Shown here: piece by piece, positions 28,563-39,878 of the stretch
Layout of the letters: every line of letters starts with the position of its first letter
Position numbering within the stretch: the stretch's first letter is position 1
Assembly: GCA_051866635.1 (NCBI GenBank)
Contig: JBJDXJ010000001.1
Location: forward strand, 1 to 64,000
Length of the DNA stretch: 64,000 bases
Reading direction: 5' to 3'
Origin: Clostridia bacterium
Lineage (GTDB): Bacteria > Bacillota > Clostridia > UMGS1883
Translations under genes and position numbers: made by a program
Notes under the pieces: model-generated
What the model was told of the DNA's origin: nothing
Seen by the model: the letters and a program-made list of their open reading frames with translations, nothing else
The model's database searches: none

Positions 28563-30050
28563 TTATATATTTAAAAACTTATAAACTGCATCAATCATTT
28601 CAGTTTTTTCATAAACATCCTTAAAACGTATATCTTTCGTGCGAAGCTCGTTCAATGATGCAGGAATTGTAAGGCCGCTTTTTTCACAAAGCATGTCTAA
28701 AAGCATAAATTCATCCTTACCTGTTACATCTTCACCTAAGGCTGTAAGCACCGCTTCGTTGAACTTAAAGGGGCTTGCTGTAGATGCGATAACAGTCTTT
28801 CTTGTATCGCCTGTTAATTTTGCATAATCGTCATACACCTTAACTGCCACAGCAGTATGTGTATCCATTGTGTAGCCGTACTTTTCCTTGTACAAAGCGA
28901 TAGTAGCCTTGCTGTCCTCGTCGGAGCAGTAACCGCCTGCAAAATTTTCTGTAACAGCTTTCTTTATCTCGCCATTTACTTCGTACTTACCCTTATTCTT
29001 AAGTTCATCCATATATCCTGCCACAAGATTACTGTCTTTACTTATAAGGTACAACAGTCTTTCAAGATTTGACGAAATAAGAATATCCATGGAAGGTGAA
29101 ATTGTTGTGTGGAAATCACGGTTTCTGTCGTAAACACCTGTATTTATAAAATCTGTAAGTACATTATTCATGTTGGAAGCACATATAAGCTTACCTACGG
29201 GAAGGCCCATGCATTTAGCATAATATGCCGCCAGAATGTTACCGAAGTTACCTGTAGGTACGCATACGTTCATTTCTTCACCTATCTTTATATCGCCCTT
29301 TTCAAGAAGGTCAGCATAACTAGAGAAGTAATACACAACCTGAGGTACAAGTCTGCCCCAGTTAATACTGTTTGCAGAAGAAAATACCTTTTTATTTTCA
29401 GAAAGTTTATCCTCACAGTTTTTATCTGTGAAAATCATTTTTACACCGCTTTGAGCATCGTCAAAGTTACCTTTAACGCTTGCTACATAAACATTATCAC
29501 CGCTTTGTGTTGCCATCTGCAATTTCTGAATACGGCTAACACCGTCAACGGGATAGAACACAATAATCTTTGTGCCTTCAACGTCACGGAAGCCTTCCAA
29601 TGCCGCCTTACCTGTGTCACCGCTTGTTGCAACCAAGATTACAACTTCTTTATCAACACCGATTTTTTTCATACTTGTAGTGAGAAGATAAGGAAGAATC
29701 TGGAGTGCCATATCCTTAAAGGCACATGTGGGGCCGTGCCAAAGTTCGAGAATATGTTTCTTTTCATCTATCTTTGTTACGGGAGCAATCTTTTCAGATG
29801 CAAAATTTGTGTTGTAAGCACCTTTTACACAGTATTCAATTTCCTCATCTGTAAAATCAGTAAGGAACAAAGAAAGAATTTTCTTTGCCCTTTCCTGATA
29901 TGACAAAGGAGCAAGGTCCTTTATAAAATCTTCTGTTACAGAGGGAATACTTTCAGGCAGAAACAAACCGCCCTCATATGAAAGTCCCTTTACAATTGCT
30001 TCTGCACTTGTAACCGATACTGATGCGTCTCTCGTACTTTTATAATTCAT
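28563..30050 (-). CDS. thrC: Threonine synthase
   Basis: YKSTR, ELWHGPTCAFKDMAL, ATSGDTG, SANSINWGR, VPTGNFGN, SPSMDI. Confidence 0.96.
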   Translation of the reverse strand: MNYKSTRDASVSVTSAEAIVKGLSYEGGLFLPESIPSVTEDFIKDLAPLSYQERAKKILSLFLTDFTDEEIEYCVKGAYNTNFASEKIAPVTKIDEKKHILELWHGPTCAFKDMALQILPYLLTTSMKKIGVDKEVVILVATSGDTGKAALEGFRDVEGTKIIVFYPVDGVSRIQKLQMATQSGDNVYVASVKGNFDDAQSGVKMIFTDKNCEDKLSENKKVFSSANSINWGRLVPQVVYYFSSYADLLEKGDIKIGEEMNVCVPTGNFGNILAAYYAKCMGLPVGKLICASNMNNVLTDFINTGVYDRNRDFHTTISPSMDILISSNLERLLYLISKDSNLVAGYMDELKNKGKYEVNGEIKKAVTENFAGGYCSDEDSKATIALYKEKYGYTMDTHTAVAVKVYDDYAKLTGDTRKTVIASTASPFKFNEAVLTALGEDVTGKDEFMLLDMLCEKSGLTIPASLNELRTKDIRFKDVYEKTEMIDAVYKFLNI

Positions 30051-30060
30051 GTTCATCACC

Positions 30061-32463
30061 TTATTTAACAATAATATTTACCAATTTTCCGGGTACTGCT
30101 ATTACCTTTGCCACATTCTGTCCCTCAATAAGCGTCTTGATTTCCTCGTTTTCGAGGGCAGCCTTTTCCATACCTTCGCGGTCAAGATTTGCAGGAATCA
30201 TCATCTTACTTTTAACACGGCTGTTAATCTGAACAACAATTTCGATTGTGGAATCAACACAAAGTGCCTCATCGTAGCTAACCCACTTGCCCTTTGAAAG
30301 GATGCTTCCGAAAATTTCTTCGTGCAATTCTTCTGTCATGTGAGGTGCAAAGGGATTAAGCATTATAAGAAGTGATTTATACTCTGCCTTGTTTACACTT
30401 CCCACTTCGTAAATCTTATTTACAAGTGTCATAAGAGCCGCAATAGCAGTATTGAACTTCATATTTTCAATATCGCTTGTTACTTTCTTTATAGTCTTAT
30501 GCATGGAAGATGTCATTTCTTCACGGTATTCACTACCTTCAATCAGCTTTGTCTTTAAATCCCACACACGGTCCAAGAACCTTTCACAGCCCTTCATACT
30601 GCTTTCATTCCAAGGTGCCGCCTGTTCGTAGTCGCCCATAAAGAGAACGTAAACACGGAGCACATCTGCACCGTACTGGTCAACAACATCATTGGGGTCA
30701 ACAACGTTACCCTTACTCTTACTCATTTTTTCACCGTCGGGACCTAAAATAAGACCCTGAGCAGTTCTCTTTGCGTAAGGCTCTGATGTGGGAACAAGAC
30801 CTAAATCGTAAAGGAATTTGTGCCAGAAACGGGAGTAAATCATATGCCTTGTAACATGTTCCATACCACCGTTGTACCAGTCAACATTCATCCAGTATTT
30901 CAAGCTTTCCTGGGAAGCAAATTCCTTATCGTTTTTGGGGTCACAGTAACGGAGGAAATACCAGCTGCTTCCTGCCCACTGGGGCATTGTGTCTGTTTCT
31001 CTTCTCGCCTTATTGCCGCACTTGGGACAAGTACAGTTTACAAAGGACTCAATCTTAGCTAAGGGACTTTCACCGTCTGAACCCGGTTCAAAGTTTTCAA
31101 CAGGAGGCAAACGGAGGGGAAGCTCTTCATAGGGAACCGGAACCATGCCGCACTTATCGCAGTGAACAATGGGAATAGGTTCGCCCCAGTAACGCTGACG
31201 GTTAAACGCCCAGTCTTTCATCTTGTACTGAACACCCTTTTCGCCACAGCCTTTTTCGCCTAAGACTTCAAGCATTTTTTCGATTGCTTCTTTCTTTGTC
31301 TTAATGCCGTTAAGGATGCCCGAATTAACCATTTCACCATCGCCTGTATAGGCTTCTTTTGTAATGTCGCCACCCTTAATTACTTCAATTATATCAATGC
31401 CGAACTTCTTTGCAAAGTCGTAGTCACGTGTATCGTGAGCAGGTACCGCCATTATGGCACCTGTGCCGTAGCCCATCATTACATAGTCGGAAATATAAAT
31501 AGGAATTTCCTTTTCTGTAATGGGGTTAATTGCTGTAAGACCTTCGATTTTTACACCGGTCTTGTCTTTAACAAGCTGTGTTCTTTCAAATTCGCTCTTC
31601 TTAGCACATTCCTTCTTATAATCTTCCAGTTCAGCATAATTTGCAATGGAATTTTTATATTTTTCAATAATGGGATGCTCAGGTGCAATAACCATAAATG
31701 TTACGCCGTAAAGTGTGTCGGGTCTTGTTGTATATACACGGAGCTTTTCGCCGTTTTCCTTAACTGTAAAGTTTACAAAAGCACCTGTGGACTTGCCAAT
31801 CCAGTTTTGCTGTTGAAGCTTTACGTTGGGAAGATAGTCAACAGTTTCCAAACCTTCCAGAAGTTTATCGGCATATTCCGTAATTCTAAGATACCATACT
31901 TCCTTTGTTTTCTGGACAATATCACTGTGGCAAATGTCGCACTTACCGCCCTGCGAATCTTCGTTTGAAAGTACTACTTTACAGCTGGGGCAGTAGTTAA
32001 CCAATGTTTTGTCACGGAAAACAAGCCCCTTTTCAAACATTTTAAGGAAAATCCACTGTGTCCACTTGTAATAGCCTTCTTCAGTGGTGTCGATAACTCT
32101 TGTCCAGTCGAAAGAGAAGCCGACTCTTTTAAGCTGGGATGTGAACTTTACAATGTTTCTGTCTGTTACAATTCTGGGATGTACCCCTGTTTTAATTGCA
32201 GTATTTTCTGTGGGAAGACCATAGGCATCAAATCCCATGGGGAAAAGCACATTATAACCTTCAAGTCTTCTCTTTCTGGAAACAACCTCAAGACCTGAAT
32301 ATGCCTTTATATGACCTACATGCATACCGCTTCCCGAAGGATAGGGGAACTCAACCAAAGCGTAAAACTTAGGCTTTTCGCTGTTATTTTCAGCTACAAA
32401 GGACTTATTGTCCTCCCAGTATTTTTGCCATTTTTGTTCTATATTTTTAAAATCGTACTTCAT
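30061..32463 (-). CDS. leuS: Leucine--tRNA ligase
   Basis: FPYPSGSGMHVGH, YTTRPDT, YGTGAIMAVPAHD, KMSKS. Confidence 0.97.
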   Translation of the reverse strand: MKYDFKNIEQKWQKYWEDNKSFVAENNSEKPKFYALVEFPYPSGSGMHVGHIKAYSGLEVVSRKRRLEGYNVLFPMGFDAYGLPTENTAIKTGVHPRIVTDRNIVKFTSQLKRVGFSFDWTRVIDTTEEGYYKWTQWIFLKMFEKGLVFRDKTLVNYCPSCKVVLSNEDSQGGKCDICHSDIVQKTKEVWYLRITEYADKLLEGLETVDYLPNVKLQQQNWIGKSTGAFVNFTVKENGEKLRVYTTRPDTLYGVTFMVIAPEHPIIEKYKNSIANYAELEDYKKECAKKSEFERTQLVKDKTGVKIEGLTAINPITEKEIPIYISDYVMMGYGTGAIMAVPAHDTRDYDFAKKFGIDIIEVIKGGDITKEAYTGDGEMVNSGILNGIKTKKEAIEKMLEVLGEKGCGEKGVQYKMKDWAFNRQRYWGEPIPIVHCDKCGMVPVPYEELPLRLPPVENFEPGSDGESPLAKIESFVNCTCPKCGNKARRETDTMPQWAGSSWYFLRYCDPKNDKEFASQESLKYWMNVDWYNGGMEHVTRHMIYSRFWHKFLYDLGLVPTSEPYAKRTAQGLILGPDGEKMSKSKGNVVDPNDVVDQYGADVLRVYVLFMGDYEQAAPWNESSMKGCERFLDRVWDLKTKLIEGSEYREEMTSSMHKTIKKVTSDIENMKFNTAIAALMTLVNKIYEVGSVNKAEYKSLLIMLNPFAPHMTEELHEEIFGSILSKGKWVSYDEALCVDSTIEIVVQINSRVKSKMMIPANLDREGMEKAALENEEIKTLIEGQNVAKVIAVPGKLVNIIVK

Positions 32464-32849
32464 TACTTTGCTCCTTCTTCATCTATAAGTTTATGAATAT
32501 CAACTTTTTCCGTGTCGCCCCATAGGTGTTCAAGTGAATAATAATCACGCATTTGACGGTTAAAAATGTGAACCATAACACCGCCAAGTTCAACTATTAC
32601 CCAGCCCGATTCTTCCTTGCCTTCAACCTTTAGAACGAACGCACCCATTTTTTCTCTTAGCTCGTCCGTCAAGGCATGAATCTGGCTTGTAGATCCACCG
32701 GAACAGATAACAAAATAATGAGTTAGGATTGTTAATTCCGAAACATCCAAAACAACCATATCAAGTGCCTTTTTGTTGTCAAGCAGTTGTACCGCTTGCT
32801 TTAAGAGATTAAATTCTTCATTGACCACGAATTTCATCTCTCCTTTCAA
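32463..32849 (-). CDS. rsfS: Ribosome silencing factor
   Basis: DNKKA, YFVICSG, WVIVELGGVMVHIF..R.YYSLEHLW; true start probably slightly downstream. Confidence 0.92.
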   Translation of the reverse strand: MKGEMKFVVNEEFNLLKQAVQLLDNKKALDMVVLDVSELTILTHYFVICSGGSTSQIHALTDELREKMGAFVLKVEGKEESGWVIVELGGVMVHIFNRQMRDYYSLEHLWGDTEKVDIHKLIDEEGAK

Positions 32850-33402
32850 TAAGATAATTACGGGCAGAAATGGAATCAGGATGGATAATTCTGCCCTTTT
32901 TTATAACATGTTTAATTGAACAGTCAATGGCATAGATTAAAGCATCGTCAAGATTTTCTTCAACCATTTTTCTTAACTCCTCTGCCTGAGGCATAGTCCT
33001 TCCCGGTTCAATCATGTCTGCTATGTATATCAGCTTTTCAAGATTAGTCATATTCGCCCTGGCTGTTGTGTGGTAATATATGGCGTCCAAAATTTCCTTG
33101 TCTGTAACGCCATAATCACGGTATGCCACTGCCGCACCTAAAAATGCGTGGATAAGAGCAGGCTCCTTAATGGCTAATTCTTCCAATGTTACACCGTAAT
33201 CTGCCGCAATTTCCAATATTCTGTCCTGGTCAAAATTTTTTGCACAGTCATGAAGCAGTGCCGCAATTTTAGCCTTTTCCACATCTACGCCAAACTTAGG
33301 TGCAAGACGCACCGCTTCTTTTACAACGCCCAAGGTGTGAAAATACCGTCTTTCCTTCTGTTGGCTACGTAGTTTTTGGTGCATTTCATCTTCAGTTAAC
33401 AT
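32818..33402 (-). CDS. yqeK: Bis(5'-nucleosyl)-tetraphosphatase, HD family
   Basis: RYFHTLGV, LLHDCAK, YHTT, IADMIEPGR; follows nadD. Confidence 0.92.
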   Translation of the reverse strand: MLTEDEMHQKLRSQQKERRYFHTLGVVKEAVRLAPKFGVDVEKAKIAALLHDCAKNFDQDRILEIAADYGVTLEELAIKEPALIHAFLGAAVAYRDYGVTDKEILDAIYYHTTARANMTNLEKLIYIADMIEPGRTMPQAEELRKMVEENLDDALIYAIDCSIKHVIKKGRIIHPDSISARNYLIERRDEIRGQ

Positions 33403-33415
33403 AAAATACCTCCTC

Positions 33416-33967
33416 TTATTGATAGAGAGTCCTTACTATTATATAGTCAAATACTTCTTTTTTCAACAGATTTGATACATTTTTTTTCATTTTTATTTTT
33501 TCACGGATTTTGCTTGATGAAACAGGCACTTCCCTGACATTTAATTCTCTTGCCGGTGGAAGTATTTTTTCCCCGTTTCTTGGGAAAACAAGCACCGTTG
33601 CATTTTTAAAAATCCGCTCGGGCTGATACCATTTGTCAATATATGCGTAGCTGTCGCCGCCGATAATAAAGTATAATTCATCATCAGGATAAAGGCTTTT
33701 GAAATGCTCCACAGTGTCTGCACTGTAGCTTATATCTGTACGCATAACTTCATAATCGGAAACTTCAAAGCTAGGGTCATCAAAGGACAGCTTAAGCATT
33801 TCTATCCTGTCATGGCTTGATGCAACACAACCCTTTTTGTGAGGCATATTGCCTGTCGGGATGAATATTACCCTATCAAGCCCAAACTGTTCTTTTGCCG
33901 CCTTTGCAACAGCCATATGACCTATGTGAACAGGGTCAAATGACCCACCGTATAATCCTATTTTCAT
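33416..33967 (-). CDS. nadD: Nicotinate-nucleotide adenylyltransferase
   Basis: YGGSFDPVHIGH, PHK, FIIGGDS, SSSKIR. Confidence 0.95.
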   Translation of the reverse strand: MKIGLYGGSFDPVHIGHMAVAKAAKEQFGLDRVIFIPTGNMPHKKGCVASSHDRIEMLKLSFDDPSFEVSDYEVMRTDISYSADTVEHFKSLYPDDELYFIIGGDSYAYIDKWYQPERIFKNATVLVFPRNGEKILPPARELNVREVPVSSSKIREKIKMKKNVSNLLKKEVFDYIIVRTLYQ

Positions 33968-34251
33968 AACTTTATCTGCTTATTATTAACAGACTCTTTA
34001 TACACTACAAATTTATTTCCCACACAGCTTACAGGTTCTGCACCGATTTCTTCGCAAACTGCTTCACATGCTTCTCTAGCACTCATGAAAGCTGTTTCCA
34101 AAACCTTTACTTTAACAATTTCTCTTGCTTCAAGTGCATCTTCCATCTGTTTTAGGAAATTGTCACCTATACCGCCTTTTCCAATCTGGAATATTGTATC
34201 TATATTATTTGCCAAACCTCTTAAATAGGCTCGCTGTTTACTTGTTATCAT
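33964..34251 (-). CDS. yhbY: Ribosome assembly RNA-binding protein YhbY
   Basis: ITSKQRAYLRGLA, QIGKGG, REIVKVKVL. Confidence 0.93.
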   Translation of the reverse strand: MITSKQRAYLRGLANNIDTIFQIGKGGIGDNFLKQMEDALEAREIVKVKVLETAFMSAREACEAVCEEIGAEPVSCVGNKFVVYKESVNNKQIKL

Positions 34252-34290
34252 GTTTTAAATCATTCCTTCCGTAAATAGGCTTTTAACAGC

Positions 34291-35562
<1,272 letters not shown>

Positions 35563-35628
35563 TTACCTCATTCAAAAGGTGCATAACTTCCTTATGACCT
35601 ATCTATACTATATATACTTCCAACTGAC

Positions 35629-35661
35629 AAAAAAATCCCAGAATATACTTCTGGGATTTTT
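35629..35661 (-). terminator. Terminator after rpmA
   Basis: AAAATCCCAGAA/TTCTGGGATTTT stem with a U-tract. Confidence 0.8.
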
Positions 35662-35675
35662 CGTCATTACATAAA

Positions 35676-35954
35676 TTATGCTGTGTAAACAGAAACCTGC
35701 TTCTTGTCCTTGCCTTTTCTTTCAAACCTTACTACGCCGTCAACAAGTGCAAAAAGTGTATCATCGCTACCCTTGCCTACGTTTACACCGGGATGAATCT
35801 TTGTTCCTCTCTGACGAACAAGGATGTTACCGGCGAGAACTGCCTGACCGTCAGCACGCTTTGCGCCCAGACGCTTAGACTCACTGTCACGACCGTTCTT
35901 TGTAGAACCAACACCCTTCTTATGAGCGAACAACTGAATATTCAATGTCATCAT
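35676..35954 (-). CDS. rpmA: 50S ribosomal protein L27 with Prp-cleaved N-terminal extension
   Basis: [24 protein letters not shown]. Confidence 0.97.
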   Translation of the reverse strand: MMTLNIQLFAHKKGVGSTKNGRDSESKRLGAKRADGQAVLAGNILVRQRGTKIHPGVNVGKGSDDTLFALVDGVVRFERKGKDKKQVSVYTA

Positions 35955-35958
35955 TTTT

Positions 35959-36273
35959 TTACACCTCCAGAATGAAGAGATATTTTTTATATTGTTTTGC
36001 AATCTCATAAATCGTAATCATAAGACTGTTCAAGAGCAAATCTGCTCCGTATTCCCTATCCTCGGGAATTTCACAAACGAGATAACCGTCATTAACACTG
36101 TAGGAAATGTCAGCAAGCTTCATTTCTTCAATGCCGTTTAAAGTCATTTGCACCGCTGTTGACACAGCCGCACATACAATATCAGATCCACATTCGGCGT
36201 AGCCTGAATGTCCGTTAACCTCAATAGAGACAATTTTCCCGCTTTCACTTTTTTCAACCTTAAACTTAATCAT
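35959..36273 (-). CDS. prp: Ribosomal-processing cysteine protease
   Basis: [15 protein letters not shown]; lies between rplU and rpmA. Confidence 0.93.
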   Translation of the reverse strand: MIKFKVEKSESGKIVSIEVNGHSGYAECGSDIVCAAVSTAVQMTLNGIEEMKLADISYSVNDGYLVCEIPEDREYGADLLLNSLMITIYEIAKQYKKYLFILEV

Positions 36274-36277
36274 AAGC

Positions 36278-36589
36278 TTACGCGTTGATAGAAGTGATTT
36301 CAACCTTTGTATAAGGCTGACGGTGACCGTTCTTGTTTCTGTAGCCCTTCTTGGACTTCATCTTGAAAACGATAACCTTCTTACCCTTAGTCTGGCCGAG
36401 AACCTTACCCTCAACCTTTGCACCGGAAACTACAGGAGCACCTACTTTAACATCTCCTTCGCCGCCTACTAAGAGAACTTCATCAAAAGTTACATTAGCG
36501 CCATCTTCAGCTTCAAGCTTTTCAACGAATACTACATCGCCAACCTTAACCTGATACTGCTTGCCGCCTGTCTTAATTACTGCGTACAT
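36278..36589 (-). CDS. rplU: 50S ribosomal protein L21
   Basis: [19 protein letters not shown]. Confidence 0.97.
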   Translation of the reverse strand: MYAVIKTGGKQYQVKVGDVVFVEKLEAEDGANVTFDEVLLVGGEGDVKVGAPVVSGAKVEGKVLGQTKGKKVIVFKMKSKKGYRNKNGHRQPYTKVEITSINA

Positions 36590-36599
36590 CTTGTTGCAC

Positions 36600-36670
36600 C
36601 TCCCACTATTATGGACTCGCTGTCGGGGGTAGATAAAATCTTTAAAACCCATTCCATGCGGTTACCGCTA
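36600..36670 (-). ncRNA. Ribosomal protein L21 leader
   Basis: GCGGTAACCGCA...TACC...AGCGAGTCC directly after TTGACA-N17-TATAAT and before the rplU RBS. Confidence 0.7.
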
Positions 36671-36768
36671 TATTATAACCTCACATTCATAAATTGTCAA
36701 GTATGAATTGCAACATTTTTCAGATATTTGCCCGAATTTTTTCACATATCACATTTCATTAAAATTCA

Positions 36769-39700
36769 TTACTGAATTTTAGATGTATCAAATGTAAGTG
36801 TGTATGTACCGTCGCCGTTGTCTGTAAGAGTTGTTGCAACACTAATCCTTGAGTTATTGTTGTTAATTCTTACATATTCGTTCCAGTAATCTGTATTGAT
36901 CTTTGTGTTTGTGCCTACGGGTGTAAGTGTTACAGTATATTTAGTACCATCTACTGTTGTTTCGCTTACTTCAAAAAATGCATCGCCTGTGTAAGAACCT
37001 GTTCCATCTGTACGAATTGTAATCTCTTTCACATCATCTGCATCAATATCGGACCATGTAAGACGGATACCTGTCTGGTTTACATATGCGTTAAGCACCT
37101 TGTAAAGAATTTCAGACTGAATGGCTGAATTGTCATAATCTGTACCGTCTGTATTACCATTTGTAAGAAGGCCTGCCGCCACCTGATAAATACTTCTTGT
37201 AACCAAATTACCGTAGTACCTATTGCCGCCTATTTCAACATAAGGCTTAGCTGTAAACTTGCGGTTATAGTTTGATTCTGCAAGGTTTGTAAGTGCCGCA
37301 GTAAATACTTCGTCTACCTTCTGCCACTTAGTAGCCTTTATATCTACTACAGTTTCTTCGTCGCCTTCTGCCATGATTTCAACACCGAAGGTTGCATTTA
37401 TAATGCTTGCAAGAGATTCGTTATTATCAACAGTTGCAATAAATCTTAAACCGCTGCCGCCATTTTCGGGAATTTTTCCGTTTTCGTCAACACCGTCACC
37501 GATTCTAACCTGGGCACCTTCAATCAAGCTGACGCCTACATTTGCCCCACGGTAAGCGGCACTTGCAGAAGGTGTAAGCGTCAACACACCGTCTGTAACT
37601 GTGTAAACGGTTGTATCATCCGTTACATAGGGTGCTTCTGTATAAACTTTGATTGTTTCACCTTCAGGAACCGTAAAGCTGTCTGCATATGCAGAAATAT
37701 CTGTACCCATCTTTGTAACCTTATTTGCTCCCGAAACTGAAACTGCATTTGCAGAAACAATTTCAACATAAGCTGCTTTACCTTCGTATGTTCCGCCTTC
37801 CACAGCGGCTTCGCGCTCGGCTATATAAGCACCGCCCCACGCCGTGCAAAGTTTGAATGACAATTTGCCAAGACCTAACGAATTTGCCGTCTTTATTGCC
37901 TCTGTAACATCAAAGGTTATATATCCAGCCGCATTTGTACTGGACTTTGAGAAAATTGCTCCCAAATCGCTTGTAAGAATGGGCGATGAGGATGGCGTAT
38001 AGCTTCCCTTTTCCGTCTTTGTCCAGGAGGAATCATTTACAGCGTACGCCGCAAGCCTAATAGAATTGTTCGAGTTTGAGAAGGTATTGCCATGCCATGT
38101 GCGTACATAGAAATGTGCCATAACAGCCTCATTTTCACCAACGGGAATAACAGGGAATTCAAAAAATCCCACACGGTAGCTACCAAGTGTTGACGGGGTA
38201 TGCGTTCCATCTGCCACAGCCAAACCGTCTGCGTCGGAAAGGGGACCTCTGTTAGCTCCTTCTGCCGCACCCACAAATACGCTGTCTGTGTTAGTTGTGC
38301 CGATACCATAAACTACCTCTGCCTGAATGAATGCGTCCTCGTTTACCGCATACTTATTGTCCACCTTATCCACAACGACTGTTGTATGTTCGGTTACATA
38401 TGTTTCGGGGATATTGTAAAATGCACCCGTGCCATCGGAATGGATTGCAAAAATTTCTTTTCCTTCAACGGTAAAACTGCCGCCGCTCACATCGCCCACA
38501 GCTTCCTTTATCACTTCACCGTCGTCGTTTACAAACTTAGCTTTAACATAGCTGTTTGAATAAACTTTAACATTTCTTATTTCCAAATCTCCGTCTGCCG
38601 CACCGTTACCGCGAAGGTTTATAGTGTTAACACAGTCAGGGCTCTGTTCTTTACGGAAGGTTTTGTTTTCTGCCTTGCCCACAGTGCCGTCACTTCCTGT
38701 GGCATATACTGAAAATGTGTCTGTGGAAGCGTCTGCTTTTACAAGAATTCTGTATGTCTCCCCTGCTTTAACAGAACTTTTAAGCACCGTGCCGCCGTCA
38801 CTTGTACCTGTTTTATTACCACCCGTTGCTTTTAAATTACCGCCGTTGGGGCTTATACCGAAAGCACCGCTGCCCCACTTGGAGCCGTTATAACCAAAGT
38901 TTGCCCCCGTGTCGCTCACAGTGTTAATTACCATGTCAAATTCAATGTAAAATTCATCTGCCAAATTAGCAGGGAAATAAATATTGTTGTCTGCACTACC
39001 CTTTGAAGAAGTGTCGCTTAAGCTGAAGCTCTCCGGCAGAACAGTAACCTTTGCTTCTGCCTTTAATTTGCTTCCCCATACGGTTCCGTAAACGGTATTT
39101 TCTTCCCCTTCCGTAAGATTTGATAAATCCCACTCTGTAACCGTTACTGTGGTGCTCGTGCCGCCTTTTGTGGTTGCCGTAATAGTAGTGGGAAGTACGG
39201 GCAGATTACTTCCTATAACAGTTGCACTTACAGTGTCAATGGTTTCAATATCGTCAACCGCATATAAAACGTTAACAACATTTTCTGCCGCTTCCACAGT
39301 GTAGCTTGCAGGATTTGAGCTGTCTTTTCTGTAAATATTGCTGTCATATTCAATAATATCTGGAGCATATACCGAAAGGTCGATTGACTCACCTATATTA
39401 GCGTTTACCAAAACCGATGCGGCAATTTTTACCGACGTATCAGCTTTGTCAACAAAGTTAATTGTAGTTGCCGAATTATAATCAAAGGATATTGTGGTAC
39501 TCTCCGGTGCGTCTATCTTTGTACCGCCTATATATAAGTCATAGGTGCCCGTGCGGTCAGATTCTGCCATTTTAAAGGAATAAGTAACCGTATTGCCTAT
39601 AACTTCCTTTTGGGCAATATATCTTAAATCGCTGCTTTTCGCTGTAACAATGCTGACGTCCTTCTTTACCACAAGAAGGGTTGATTCCTGTGCATCTTCC

Positions 39701-39849
39701 GGGTTTTGGTATTTTACCGTAACAGAAACGGTTCTTGAAGTGTCAACTCCAACACCTGCAACAAGGCTTTCAATACTTGCTGCCGAGGCAAGATTTGTCA
39801 TGGTAAAAACAAGCATCAGGCTTATTATCATAGCAATGTGCTTTTTCAT
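36769..39849 (-). CDS. Large secreted multi-domain surface protein with no recognisable catalytic domain
   Basis: Signal peptide MKKHIAMIISLMLVFTMTNLASA; Ig-like (LPVLPTTITA..W), jelly-roll and CBM96-like (YITFDVTEAIK) segments; C-terminal GAQVR..GLRF..NYNRKFTAKPY..RSIYQVA domain. Confidence 0.75.
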   Translation of the reverse strand: MKKHIAMIISLMLVFTMTNLASAASIESLVAGVGVDTSRTVSVTVKYQNPEDAQESTLLVVKKDVSIVTAKSSDLRYIAQKEVIGNTVTYSFKMAESDRTGTYDLYIGGTKIDAPESTTISFDYNSATTINFVDKADTSVKIAASVLVNANIGESIDLSVYAPDIIEYDSNIYRKDSSNPASYTVEAAENVVNVLYAVDDIETIDTVSATVIGSNLPVLPTTITATTKGGTSTTVTVTEWDLSNLTEGEENTVYGTVWGSKLKAEAKVTVLPESFSLSDTSSKGSADNNIYFPANLADEFYIEFDMVINTVSDTGANFGYNGSKWGSGAFGISPNGGNLKATGGNKTGTSDGGTVLKSSVKAGETYRILVKADASTDTFSVYATGSDGTVGKAENKTFRKEQSPDCVNTINLRGNGAADGDLEIRNVKVYSNSYVKAKFVNDDGEVIKEAVGDVSGGSFTVEGKEIFAIHSDGTGAFYNIPETYVTEHTTVVVDKVDNKYAVNEDAFIQAEVVYGIGTTNTDSVFVGAAEGANRGPLSDADGLAVADGTHTPSTLGSYRVGFFEFPVIPVGENEAVMAHFYVRTWHGNTFSNSNNSIRLAAYAVNDSSWTKTEKGSYTPSSSPILTSDLGAIFSKSSTNAAGYITFDVTEAIKTANSLGLGKLSFKLCTAWGGAYIAEREAAVEGGTYEGKAAYVEIVSANAVSVSGANKVTKMGTDISAYADSFTVPEGETIKVYTEAPYVTDDTTVYTVTDGVLTLTPSASAAYRGANVGVSLIEGAQVRIGDGVDENGKIPENGGSGLRFIATVDNNESLASIINATFGVEIMAEGDEETVVDIKATKWQKVDEVFTAALTNLAESNYNRKFTAKPYVEIGGNRYYGNLVTRSIYQVAAGLLTNGNTDGTDYDNSAIQSEILYKVLNAYVNQTGIRLTWSDIDADDVKEITIRTDGTGSYTGDAFFEVSETTVDGTKYTVTLTPVGTNTKINTDYWNEYVRINNNNSRISVATTLTDNGDGTYTLTFDTSKIQ

Positions 39850-39878
39850 ACTTTTGTCTCCTTTCATCATTTTCACAA

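Noticed and set aside
30050-32500. T-box leaders for leuS or thrC
   Set aside because: Both genes are packed within an operon, leaving no room for a leader.
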